This document shows, in pieces, positions 51,858 to 63,738 of a stretch of DNA of 63,738 nt (positions within the stretch are counted from its first letter, which is position 1; every line of letters begins with the position of its first letter). Source of the DNA: Octopus bimaculoides. Lineage: Eukaryota. The stretch is taken from positions 99,729,104 through 99,792,841 of the forward strand of contig NC_068981.1 of NCBI RefSeq assembly GCF_001194135.2. The letters are read 5' to 3'. Below the pieces are notes generated by a model. That model was not told the DNA's origin. It did not search any database and worked only from the letters and a program-made list of their open reading frames with translations. A program made the translations under genes and the position numbers.

Positions 51858-52141
51858 GGAAGGAGACTCCGGCAGAAACCAAGGCTGCACTTTAAGGACT
51901 GTGTCAAGTCTTTATTAAAGGCCTGTGATATGCAGGACACTGACTGGGAGAACAATGCCTGTCATCGCCACAGATGGAGGAAGCAGGTTAAGGAGGGGAT
52001 CAACACTTTTGAGAGAGCACGTATCCAGCATGAAGAATTTAAGCGAGCTGCGCGAAAGTGCACGGCTCGTATAGTGAATGGGGAAAGCTTAATCTGCAAT
52101 GTTTGCAGTCGTGTATGCTTATCAAGAGCAGGGCTCATTAG
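51858..52141 (+). pseudogene. BovB-like RTE ORF2 C-terminus with a terminal C2H2-like motif; runs into an N gap
   Basis: KPRLHFKDCVKSLLKACDMQDTDWENNACHRHRWRKQVKEGINTFE...KRAARK...CNVCSRVCLSRAGLI matches the RTE-BovB end pattern RxKDxLK..WE..DR..WR..G...FE...CxxCxRxCxSxxGLxSH. Confidence 0.8.
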
Positions 52142-52966
52142 NNNNNNNNNNNNNNNNNNNNNNNNNNNNNNNNNNNNNNNNNNNNNNNNNNNNNNNNNNN
52201 NNNNNNNNNNNNNNNNNNNNNNNNNNNNNNNNNNNNNNNNNNNNNNNNNNNNNNNNNNNNNNNNNNNNNNNNNNNNNNNNNNNNNNNNNNNNNNNNNNNN
52301 NNNNNNNNNNNNNNNNNNNNNNNNNNNNNNNNNNNNNNNNNNNNNNNNNNNNNNNNNNNNNNNNNNNNNNNNNNNNNNNNNNNNNNNNNNNNNNNNNNNN
52401 NNNNNNNNNNNNNNNNNNNNNNNNNNNNNNNNNNNNNNNNNNNNNNNNNNNNNNNNNNNNNNNNNNNNNNNNNNNNNNNNNNNNNNNNNNNNNNNNNNNN
52501 NNNNNNNNNNNNNNNNNNNNNNNNNNNNNNNNNNNNNNNNNNNNNNNNNNNNNNNNNNNNNNNNNNNNNNNNNNNNNNNNNNNNNNNNNNNNNNNNNNNN
52601 NNNNNNNNNNNNNNNNNNNNNNNNNNNNNNNNNNNNNNNNNNNNNNNNNNNNNNNNNNNNNNNNNNNNNNNNNNNNNNNNNNNNNNNNNNNNNNNNNNNN
52701 NNNNNNNNNNNNNNNNNNNNNGAGAATGATAAGATGGGTGGAGTAAGATGAGTAGGAAAATCTAGTGGTATCCTTCATGTGGGTGACTATGAGCTGGTGG
52801 AGGGTATGATATTTAATAGGGGAAGAACAGATGATACTGAGCTGGTGGTGGGGCCATGGAGAATCGGTAAAAGATAGCAGGAGTGTACCAAGGGGGGAAT
52901 AGAGAGTTAGGGAGAAAGAGAAAGATGGGGAGAGAGAGAGAGGGGGGGAGGGAGAAATAGAAAGAT

Positions 52967-53004
<38 letters not shown>

Positions 53005-53954
53005 AAGTGTATCAAGATATTGGAGAAGCCATAGGAAGAAAGTTTTAGTGAGTGTGAATGTCATTTCCATTAACACCACCTGAGCAGAAAGCATAGATAG
53101 ACACACGCAGACACACACACACACACACACACACAACAACAAAGAATATTGGTAGAAGATTCTGGTTAAAATACAGTTATAACAAAGTAAATATTGTTCT
53201 ATGAGACAGAAAGCAAAAACTGCGTAGTGTCAGGGAGGTCAGTTGTCTAGCTGACATGAATCTCAAAATTTGATGGTAAAGAGAATAACTATAGTCAGCT
53301 AATGCAGAATGATTATTGTAACTGTGAATGTGTTTTAATCACTAAAGAGCTTTTCATGGCTGGTACTTAGATGCAATTTTTTGATAAGAAGTGGATGAGA
53401 TATGAATTTATCCTTGGACAGTACATCAGCTTATTGCAGTTAATAATTTCTGTATGATCTGGCACCTTTCTCTGAAAGATAGGTGAACTGAAACAAGATA
53501 GAAGAACCAGCTCTACCTATACAGTGAAACATAACCTCAGTGGAAGTGAGCAGGTAATCCAATACTTAATCTCTAGTGACTAATATATTTCTACAGTATA
53601 TGTAACTCCCTCACAACTCATCTTCTCAACACCCTTCCCTTCTTCCAATCAGGTCTCTATGTCCTCTCCATGCCCCTGCATACAATCTGTCCCTGACAAG
53701 TCTCTGTTCCACAACTCATCTTCGTAATATCTCTCCTTCCCTCCACTCCATGTCCACCACTTACTGCATTCCACTTACCCTCTCCTGTTTCCCACTCTCC
53801 TATCACACCCTCACAACCTTCCTGCCTGTTCACCCTGTCTAGTCCTCTGTACCACTTCACTTATATTCACCGCCCTGTACCCTAAGCTGGTGCAAAGCTA
53901 CCCCACTCAATACTACCCCTTCTCTTAGTTGAAGAATCTTTATCTTGTAAAGTA

Positions 53955-54170
53955 CTTGGTGACTTTGCCAGTGCTGGTGCCATGTAAAGAGCACCCAATA
54001 CACTTTATAAAGTAGCTGGCATTAGAAAGGGCATCCAGCCATAGAGACCATGGCAAAGCAGTTAGCAGAGCTTGAAGCATTCCTCCCTGGCTTGCCAGTT
54101 CCTGTTGATCCATTCAACCTATGCTAGTATGAAAAATAGATGTTAGATTGTAATAATGATGATGATGATT
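53955..54170 (+). mobile_element. Older RTE-type 3' tail with (GAT)n
   Basis: ggcattagaaagggcatccagccatagagacc...aatgatgatgatg. Similar fragments lie at 40340-40490 and 60770-60958. Confidence 0.75.
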
Positions 54171-54514
54171 TCAGTTTACTTTGATAATAATTAGAAGAGT
54201 TATAAATAGAACTTTTGAGAAACTAAGGTTTTCAAAAATGGACATGATTGGTCTTAGTTCAGCTACTTCTTGATGGTATCACGAGGGACTACTTTAAATA
54301 AAAAAAAGGGACTGAGACAGAATTTTGGCAGAGATCTAACTTAGAATAAATTCACCATGAAGATTAGTGCTACTTCTACATTCATTATATATTAATGATG
54401 TACTTATAACTCTGTAAAAACTTCCTAGAAGTTAAAATTTATCTGACATTGTTATTCAAGTATTAACAAAGCTTTTGTTTTATAAGGACCTGTTCTTGAT
54501 GTTGAGAAGACTGT

Positions 54515-54713
54515 GATATTGGTTTCAAATTTTGGCACAGCGCTGATAATTTTAGGAGAGGGAGTAAATCAATTATATTGACCCCAGTGCTCAACTGGTA
54601 CTTATTTTATTGATCCTGAAAGGATGAAAGGCAAAATCACCTCGGCAGAATTTGAAATCAGAATGCCAGCATTTTGCTTCGCATGCTAACGATTCTGCCA
54701 GCTCACTGCCTTA
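54515..54713 (-). mobile_element. SINE family A with a possible short TSD (agaagac)
   Basis: Modules as in the other copies. agaagac occurs on both flanks. Confidence 0.8.
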
Positions 54714-54887
54714 AGAAGACATTAATATTATAAAGGAAAAAGCTATACCTACATACACATACCAATGCATATTTACATATATATACATATGGAAACATAT
54801 ATATACAGACAGAGGGATACACACACATACACACATACCAACTCACATTAACATGCACACACAATTAAAGATATATATATATATGTG

Positions 54888-54927
<40 letters not shown>

Positions 54928-57468
54928 GATGGTCATTGAGTATATTTAAGTTGCCTAACTTAAATAGATATTTTAACACATGAATGAAGAGCTATTAAAA
55001 ATAGCAAATCAAATAAGACACTAATATGTACATCCATCTATATGTAAACACACTAACACACACAGTGAGTTATGTCAATGAATAATGTATAATGAGTATT
55101 TTGGGAATGTTTTCCTTTATGGCTGGAAAAATCTTCAATTTGATCTGTGATAGTTAAAATTACTGCTGAAGCTATCTTTAGCAGATTTAACTTAGACAGA
55201 TGGTAATGGCAATGGAATATCAGGATGTTTATAGAGACAAGAGAATTCATGGAAATGACTAAGAGATAATATTGATAAAAAAGAAGGTTAAAATTAAAGT
55301 ACAAATAGTCTTCATATCAATAAGGAAATTGGTACAAATAAAACTTATACACATGAACACACGCACATTCACACACACACATACACATTGGTACAGCAGT
55401 ACTCAAACATAACTCATGTAACACACAATAGTATATACGCATATATGAATATATCAGTACATATATATAACTCCCCCCCCCCATATATATATATATATAT
55501 ATATAAACACACAAATACACACACACATAGTGAAAAGGATCGATAAAATATTTTTTCCAAGTGGCGAATGGTAGTGAAAAATGTGAAAAGGAAAATGCAC
55601 AGAAATTTAATGTTGAACAAAGTATATATATATATATATATATATTGTTCAACATAAAATTATGCATTTTCCTTCTTGTTTGTATGTATGTATGGTCATT
55701 ATTCAGTTTATTTCAAAATAGAAAAAGAATTGGTTTCTAATGTAGACCCAAGGTTCCTTCATTGGAATTTCAACATCAGCAACAGGGTATTTTTGTATGT
55801 ATGTATGTATGTATGTGCAGATTTGTATGTTTTATGTATGTATTCTCATGCATAGAGTTACATATCTAGACATGCTCATATATATTTAAAAGATCATATA
55901 TATTTAAACTTCTGGAAAGTTTTACTGATTTTTACAGCTCCTTTGATGGATTGGATATGTAGCCTTCGAATTAGCTTTCTCCTTTTTGGTTTTGAGAAGC
56001 CTAATTTCTCAAGACTGGTATTTAGGCAGTGTGTTACATATCTCGGGGTCAAAAGTTTTTACAGATATAAACCTGAACTTGTAATCTGGATGTATGTATG
56101 TGTGTGCGTGTATATAAATATTTAAAAAAATCTGGATAAATTTTATCTGAATTTCTGAGATGAGGAACTATTATTAAACATTGACATATTTGAGCTGCTG
56201 TTCTTATTTTGGTTGATGTAGTCACAATATTGCTTTAGATGCCAGTCATGTCATAATCAGTAAATATACTTAGAATTTCAAGCCAAACTCAACATTAAGT
56301 CCAGTCAGATTTCATTTAGCATACATATGCTCCTAAGAGTTTTTTGTTCTGTTTTGGACCAGAGAATAGGCTGTCAACTGACCAAGTGATAAAACTCATG
56401 TCCAGTAGCTAAGATACTGCTTGTGACAATATATATGTGTACATATTTGTGTGTATACACACACACACACATTAGTGCTCAGTAACTTAATTCATTAAAG
56501 TGTTCCCTAATGATCTGTTCCGGCTAACCATCCAAATGCACATGGAACATCCAATGCAGAGCTCCGAGCAATCATAATAGTAAAATGTATGAAGGAACTA
56601 ATAAGAGAACCTTGTGTCTATCATAATTTCTCCATATGCATACATATACAAATATATATATATATATATACATACACACACATATATACATGCACACACA
56701 TACATACAAATACATATACACATTCACATATATATACATATATATAAATGGTTCAAAATTATACAAGAAAAAAAACTCCACAAAAGACAGAGACAGGTGA
56801 GGGAACAACAGAATATATTAGTTTGATGCTCAGGAAAAATGTAAGAAGTCTTCAACATTTCAAGCCCATGCTCTTCTACAGAATGGAATAAAAAGAGAAA
56901 ACAAATGGAGGGGAAAAAAATGTGTCTGGATTAATGGTTGCACATGCTGAATTGATCAGGAAGGAAGGAAATGGTTGGAAACGTATATGTGTATGTATAT
57001 ATATATATATATATNNNNNNNNNNNNNNNNNNNNNNNNNNNNNNNNNNNNNNNNNNNNNNNNNNNNNNNNNNNNNNNNNNNNNNNNNNNNNNNNNNNNNN
57101 NNNNNNNNNNNNNNNNNNNNNNNNNNNNNNNNNNNNNNNNNNNNNNNNNNNNNNNNNNNNNNNNNNNNNNNNNNNNNNNNNNNNNNNNNNNNNNNNNNNN
57201 NNNNNNNNNNNNNNNNNNNNNNNNNNNNNNNNNNNNNNNNNNNNNNNNNNNNNNNNNNNNNNNNNNNNNNNNNNNNNNNNNNNNNNNNNNNNNNNNNNNN
57301 NNNNNNNNNNNNNNNNNNNNNNNNNNNNNNNNNNNNNNNNNNNNNNNNNNNNNNNNNNNNNNNNNNNNNNNNNNNNNNNNNNNNNNNNNNNNNNNNNNNN
57401 NNNNNNNNNNNNNNNNNNNNNNNNNNNNNNNNNNNNNNNNNNNNNNNNNNNNNNNNNNNNNNNNNNAT

Positions 57469-57826
57469 TTCATGTGTCCCCCACACATGAGCCAGTCTAT
57501 GGGCACTGGCAACGATCCCGCTCGAAACATTTCATGTGTCACCCGCACAAGAGCCAGTCCAGGGGCACTGGCAACGGTCTCGCTCGAAAGATATCACGTG
57601 TCGCCCGCACATGAGCCAGTCCAGGGGCACTGGCAACGATCCTGCTCGAAAGATTTCATGTGTCGCCCGCACATGAGCCAGTCTAGGGGCACTGGCAACG
57701 ATCCCGCTTGAACAATTTCATGTGTCACCCGCACATGAGCCAGTCCAGGGGCACCGGCAATGATCTCGCTCGAAAAACCTCATGTGTCACTCGCACAAGA
57801 GCCAGTCCATGGGCACTGGCAATGAT
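57469..57826. repeat. 62-bp minisatellite (at least 5.8 units; left end hidden in an N gap) derived from the RTE 3' UTR
   Basis: Unit starts at 57531, 57593, 57655, 57717 and 57779. Consensus ttcatgtgtcacccgcacatgagccagtccaggggcactggcaacgatcccgctcgaaagat; compare 20157-20200. Confidence 0.92.
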
Positions 57827-58160
57827 ATATATATATGACAAACTTCTTTCATTATCTGTCTACCTAATCCACTCACAAGGCTTTGCTCAGCCGGAGACTA
57901 TAGCAGGTGCCACTTGCCCAAGCTGTCATGGAGTCTGACTGCACTTGAATCCATGTGATTGGGAAACAAGCTTCTCCCCACTCAACCACACTTGTGTATA
58001 TATATGCTTATACATATATGTATATTTGTGCATTTATACATACACACACATGCTTACTCCTAAACACATATTCACATGTCATCCTTGGACACACTCATAT
58101 GCTTGCACACACACACACACTTTAGCCAAGTCACTGCTGTCTCCCTTTGGGCATACATTG

Positions 58161-58191
<31 letters not shown>

Positions 58192-58259
58192 AGATAGATA
58201 GATAGATAGACAGACAGATATATGCAATGCATGCCCAAAGCTTTGCAAATCTAATGGAG

Positions 58260-59420
58260 ACCTCAAAAGACATTTTCAGATTCACAAAGATCAGAACTTA
58301 TCTGCAGCTCTTGGTGGTCCAAATCGGATATGCAATCTATGTGGGTGTGTTTTCGGAACATTGTCTGGTTTAAAAAGCTTCAGCACAATTGAAGACATTT
58401 TAGAGGTTGCTACCATCCACTGAACGTTTTGTATATTGTTATTTTCCACTTTGTATTTATTGTACATTGTCTCCTTGCCATCTTCTACTGGCCTTGACAT
58501 ACAATTGTTAACGATATTCAAAGCAAAGTGGGTGAAAATTGACAAGAACATTTATCAAACAGCAACAGATGACCCATTGCAGAGAAAATCTCAGAAGCTG
58601 AAGAAATGATTCAATTTGCTCAGGTTCAGTATCATGATGACTACAAGGAACTGCTCGAGTCAATGCTCATTTTCCTTAGTAGTACCCCCAAGTCAGGAAT
58701 CAGCTTTAAAGCACCTGGCAGTTATCACAGAGCACGACGGATGGCCAAGCTAATTTAGTGCATTAAAATTTGGATGTTTAAATCTCAGTTTAAAGTAACT
58801 GAGAGAGAGGAAAAAGGACTGAGAGATGTTTGCTGCTTTTCAGCTGTGATATACATCAGATCGTAATACCTGGCACTCATACCCCCATGTGCTCCCCCCC
58901 ACCCCGTTCAGATTTGTATTATGTGCAAAGTCTACAGCTGTACAAGCAAAAGGATGACAAAATTGCAAGTGCTGCACTCAATAAGGTTTTGAGACATTTG
59001 TGGTACCTTTCTGAGGAGCTTGTAGTGCTTGCATTTTTTGATTCAGTTGTTTCACATGAGACAAAAAACAAAATGAAGCATGCTCTGCAGAAACCAGTTG
59101 ACTCAAAACCAAGCAAACGAGTATCAATAAATCCTAAATCAGCTGAAACAACTGCAGGATTACATTACTAGCGACACAAAAAGATTCTTTGAAATCCTAG
59201 AGGTGCCTTGCACTTTTCTTGAAAAAATGCTGAAGAATGGAATGATGATGAAAGTTATGCAAATGCAAGAGATATTGCATATGGACTCAAAGTAGTAAAC
59301 GACATTGTGGAAAGAGGTGTATGACTGATAGAAGAATACAACAAACTAATAACCAATGATGAACAGAAGAATCAATAGCTCCTTCAAATTGTTAAAAGTT
59401 ACAGGTCATTACTCTCAAGC
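58260..59420 (+). pseudogene. Decayed DNA-transposase C-terminal half (hAT-like, probably hATm type)
   Basis: DDYKELLE..IFL...F.APG.YHRARRMAKLI*CIKIWMFKSQF..T.RE.KGL, then RHLWYLSEELVVLAFFD, then LKVVNDIVERGV*LIEEYNKLITNDEQK. Superfamily assignment is from recall of these motifs. Confidence 0.7.
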
Positions 59421-59529
59421 AAAAAACAAGAAAATATTATTTTTGCTTCACAAAAAACAAAAATAAACTTACATAATGTGCCTACTGGGGAAACTTCCAC
59501 ATAAAAAAAGTTAACATGATATACGCTGT

Positions 59530-60070
59530 ACCTCACTAGGGTGTCTTTTTGGTCAGCTGATAGCGGTTTTGGCACAAACTTGGCAGACATGCACCTTGTA
59601 CCCAAATCTTCAGTAATAATGGACTGAACTGAACCATAACTAATCTGCACATTCTCTGATAACTCATGGATGGGGATTCAATGATTTCCCCTCACAGCTG
59701 CATGCACATCTGTGATGTTTTGCTCAGTTCAGCTAGTTGCAGGTCTCCCAGAACGTTCGTCAATATAGACATTTTTTGGGCCTTCTTAGATATGTCTGAA
59801 CCACTTGTACATTTGTGTGTGGCTCATATACTCCTCTCCATACACTTTCTACAACTCTGCATAGGCCTCTGAATAGGTATTGCCATGACAACTTCCTCTG
59901 TAATGGTCAATCTGATGATCACACGCTTCACACCTTCCTTCCAAGCACTGCTGTAAACAGTGAAAGTGAGCTAGAATGTTAAAACTTAATGCACATGCAC
60001 AGCAGAGTTCAAGGTCAATCGTTGCCAAGCAGCTGCCCTCTGCATGCTTTAGCTTCATTACTATGGCAAT
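59530..60070 (-). pseudogene. Mariner (Tc1/mariner) transposase N-terminal DNA-binding region, decayed and truncated
   Basis: The minus frame reads EAYAEL*KVYGEEYMSHTQMYKWFRH..EG..NVYIDERSGRPATS...ELSENVQISYGSVQSIITEDLGTRCMSAKFVPKPLSADQK. This contains the mariner HTH, the RSGRP motif and the WVPHEL-equivalent FVPKPL. Confidence 0.85.
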
Positions 60071-60588
60071 AGTCCGGATACTTATTTATATATATATCAT
60101 CATCGTCGTCGTTTGTCAATAGAATGGATATATATAGATATATTAATTAAAGTATATAGTATTATAGAACCATTTGAGCTGATCTATAATATGGATCTGT
60201 GACACTGGTGGATGAAGATTAAGATGATGGATCAACTGAATTATTTGCTATTGAATTAATGTGTAACTGGCTGAAAATGCCACAGACAAAGGAACATTTA
60301 AAGAAATTCTCAAACAGAATCAAAATAACATACTGTGTGGAAAAACTACCTTTTCAATTACAGGTACAATTCACCTGATAGACTTCTATCCTAATTTCAA
60401 ACTGTAACTAGAATGAGGTTTGAGTCAACCTAAGGGTAAAAAAAAAATGATATTTGCCCAAGATACCAAGCAGCAGCATTGAACCCCAAAACTTGCAGTT
60501 ATGAAATGAACTTCTTAACCATGTACTTTTACATACAAGTTATACATAAAACAAACATTATATAAATGTGTATGTGTTTGTGTGAATG

Positions 60589-60660
<72 letters not shown>

Positions 60661-60975
60661 CATATATTCAACTCTTCAGCAAGACACCTACTCCCCTCCT
60701 ATTACAATTTCTTATTTCTTCAGTCTGTACTCACTTCAATTGTGGGTATATTTTGGGTACTCAGCAATCTCACTGGTGTTGGTGTCATGTAACAAACACC
60801 CAATACACTCCATTAAGTGGTTGGCATTAGAAAGGGCATCCATCTGTAGAAATCATACCAAGTCAGACATAAAACATCACAGAGCTTGTCTACTCTTGTC
60901 AAACTGTCCAACCCAAGCCAGCATAGGAAAAAGGATGTTAAATGATCATGATGATTATATCTGACTATCTGTCTG

Positions 60976-61008
<33 letters not shown>

Positions 61009-61793
61009 ATATATATATATATATGTATGTATATATGTAGATATATATCTACTTACATATAAGAGACCAAAGTGTACGTATACTGCTATATGTATATAAA
61101 AAGAATACAAAAAATGTGACAAGAATGCAACAGGCAACAACAAAACATCCAGACAGTTAGATGATACAAAAAGGGACAAGGAAAACAAGGACTGGTCATT
61201 CAGAGTTTTCTTTCCTCAGTCAAGTTCCAGATCATCTTTGCAGTTTCGGCTGGTTATACTCAAGACTGCTCCAATCTGGCCAGCCACAAGGAAAATCTAA
61301 GCTAAGAGCACTAGATTCCTTGGAAGAAAGCAGCGAATGTATACGAAGACAAGGACGGAAAAAAACGGAAAATGGTACACAAATACAAATGCAAGCAACA
61401 GGACATTAACAACAGATGTCTTTCGACTAAGGATAAATTAAATTAGGCTGGTGTGTGTGGAAGTGAAGCCTTAAGGCAGGAACATAAGAGATGACAGGCA
61501 TGGGGAGGTATATAGATGTTGCACGGATGTTAGTCGAACCAAGACAGAAAGGTCAGGCTTGGCCGAACACCGGTCACGTGAAAAGAGAGGCAGAGGCAGA
61601 GGAATAGAAGAATCAGGGAGGGACGAGAAAGAAAGAAAAAAGAAAAGGGACAGAGTGAAGTGAAAGAGGAGAGAGGCCAAGAAATGTGAGAGAGTGGGAG
61701 CGAAAGAAAGAAGAGCAGAAAGAATGAAGTAAGTGTGAAGGGGCTGAAAGAAAAGAAAGAATGAAAGAATAAGAGAGTTGTACAAAATTTAGA

Positions 61794-61840
<47 letters not shown>

Positions 61841-62555
61841 NNNNNNNNNNNNNNNNNNNNNNNNNNNNNNNNNNNNNNNNNNNNNNNNNNNNNNNNNNNN
61901 NNNNNNNNNNNNNNNNNNNNNNNNNNNNNNNNNNNNNNNNNNNNNNNNNNNNNNNNNNNNNNNNNNNNNNNNNNNNNNNNNNNNNNNNNNNNNNNNNNNN
62001 NNNNNNNNNNNNNNNNNNNNNNNNNNNNNNNNNNNNNNNNNNNNNNNNNNNNNNNNNNNNNNNNNNNNNNNNNNNNNNNNNNNNNNNNNNNNNNNNNNNN
62101 NNNNNNNNNNNNNNNNNNNNNNNNNNNNNNNNNNNNNNNNNNNNNNNNNNNNNNNNNNNNNNNNNNNNNNNNNNNNNNNNNNNNNNNNNNNNNNNNNNNN
62201 NNNNNNNCACTCATTTTGGTAAATGGAGTGACAATGATAATGATGACCGAGAAGAATAATGTAGATGATGATCAAATGATCAAAGCAATCCAAAAAGAAG
62301 AAAAAAAAAACTGAGTTAAATGATATAAACAAGTAAACGGAAGAAGTGAAAATAAGTAAGGGAGGAGAACTGAAAGGATGGAATAAGAAGAAAAAAGTAA
62401 AAAAAACAAAAAATAAATGTAAGCGAGTATTTCTTTTGTAAGGTGATTGTATTGATTTTTTCATTCCTTCAGTACATCAACACCTTCTGACACCACTGAC
62501 ATAGCAAGAAAGAAAGAGTAAGAAGCACACTACTGAATTGCACTGTTACACATTT

Positions 62556-62602
<47 letters not shown>

Positions 62603-62729
62603 CACACACGCACACACGCACGCTTACACACAAACACACACCAACATATTTATAGCTAAGGTATAGACATACAGAGTCAGATATATAAAAATGCTACGAT
62701 AAACATTCATATACACCTAATAAAGATAC

Positions 62730-62905
62730 ACACAGCTTCAAACACACGCCATGAAGATTATGCATACAGACTATAAGATACATAGAACGCACACATGTAC
62801 ACTCAAAGACACACACACACATGCACTCACTCTCTCCACATACATACGTATGCAAAGGCACTTTCATATATACAGTAACAAATACGCACACACCTACTCA
62901 GGTAC

Positions 62906-62944
<39 letters not shown>

Positions 62945-63138
62945 GAGCCTCAAACAGACACGTATGAAGATTACACATACGGACTATAAGATACACAGAA
63001 CATCACATGCATGCATAAAGGCACACATCACACATGTGGGCACTCACTCTCTCCACATGCATACACACACATACATAGGCACTTTCATATACTAATACAC
63101 AGTAGTTACAAATAAGCACACACCTACTCAGTTACTAT

Positions 63139-63175
<37 letters not shown>

Positions 63176-63360
63176 GAGCCTCAAACAGACACTTATTAAG
63201 ATTACACATAGGAAACACAGAACACACACACATGCATGCATAAAGACACACATACATGTGCACTCACTTCTGAAACACATACATACACACACAGGCACTC
63301 TGACATACATTTGTTATGCATACTCAGGCACTTTTATACATAAACACCCACCCACACACA
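62730..63360. repeat. Degenerate three-unit tandem repeat of about 190-230 bp with (CA)n spacers
   Basis: Recurring (c/t)tcaaaca(c/g)ac..aagatta..cata...gcactcact..ggcact...ctactcag units start at about 62730, 62941 and 63173. Confidence 0.75.
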
Positions 63361-63646
63361 AACTATTCAGCATCATCCCTATAAAACCAATAGTCAATAA
63401 ATACACCACACAACATATTACACTATACACCGTCAATGTGCAACCCAACAACGAACTCTCTTACGAGGAGACTCAGCTTGCAAGAAATAGAAACTAAATG
63501 TATTTTAAATGACGTCTTACTGCCTTAAAAAAAAGGGAACACAGGATAATTTAGTCTTCAATATATATATATACACACACAAATATATACATATATACAC
63601 ACATACATACATATATATATACACACACATACATACATATATATAT

Positions 63647-63697
<51 letters not shown>

Positions 63698-63700
63698 TAT

Positions 63701-63738
<38 letters not shown>

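Noticed and set aside
51632-52141. Treating the gag ORF and the following RTE fragment as ORF1 and ORF2 of one LINE
   Set aside because: The gag element's own 3' tail and a microsatellite intervene, the RTE piece is only the extreme C-terminus, and RTE-clade elements do not typically carry such a CCHC ORF1.
57469-57826. CRISPR-like array
   Set aside because: The units are contiguous 62-bp repeats with no unique spacers, they derive from an RTE UTR, and the context is eukaryotic with no cas genes.
59536-59545. TAGGGTG as a hAT terminal inverted repeat
   Set aside because: Its orientation is wrong for the right end of the + strand element, and the bases fit the mariner codons (QKDTL) on the minus strand.

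Overview
AT-rich, CpG-depleted eukaryotic DNA from a gapped draft assembly, dense in microsatellites. The repeat families ((GAT)n-tailed RTE LINEs and two tRNA-head SINE superfamilies) point to an octopod cephalopod, probably Octopus; this is inferred from recognition, not from a search. I cannot recognise any intact host protein gene, rRNA, true tRNA or CRISPR array, and most ORF-track entries are microsatellite, N-gap or antisense artefacts. The window is a layered mobile-element landscape. It contains young and old RTE LINE fragments, BovB-like, I-group and CR1-like RT fossils and about 30 SINE copies with swappable modules. It also contains two Helitron loci (one head-to-tail with a helicase C-terminus), a foldback-like long inverted repeat, piggyBac- and hAT-type MITEs, and mariner and hAT-like transposase remnants. 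The best candidate for an undescribed system is an ORF1(gag)-only, 'half-LINE'-like element (50415-51776) whose 3' stem-loop/polyA tail matches the tail of a TSD-flanked tRNA SINE (36671-36901). That would make them two different parasites of one LINE. Weaker candidates are a phase-compatible chain of + strand exons including a 21-nt microexon, an inverted pair of near-identical RTE copies (possible dsRNA/ADAR substrate), and a 62-bp minisatellite derived from an RTE 3' UTR. Boundaries of degenerate repeats are approximate.
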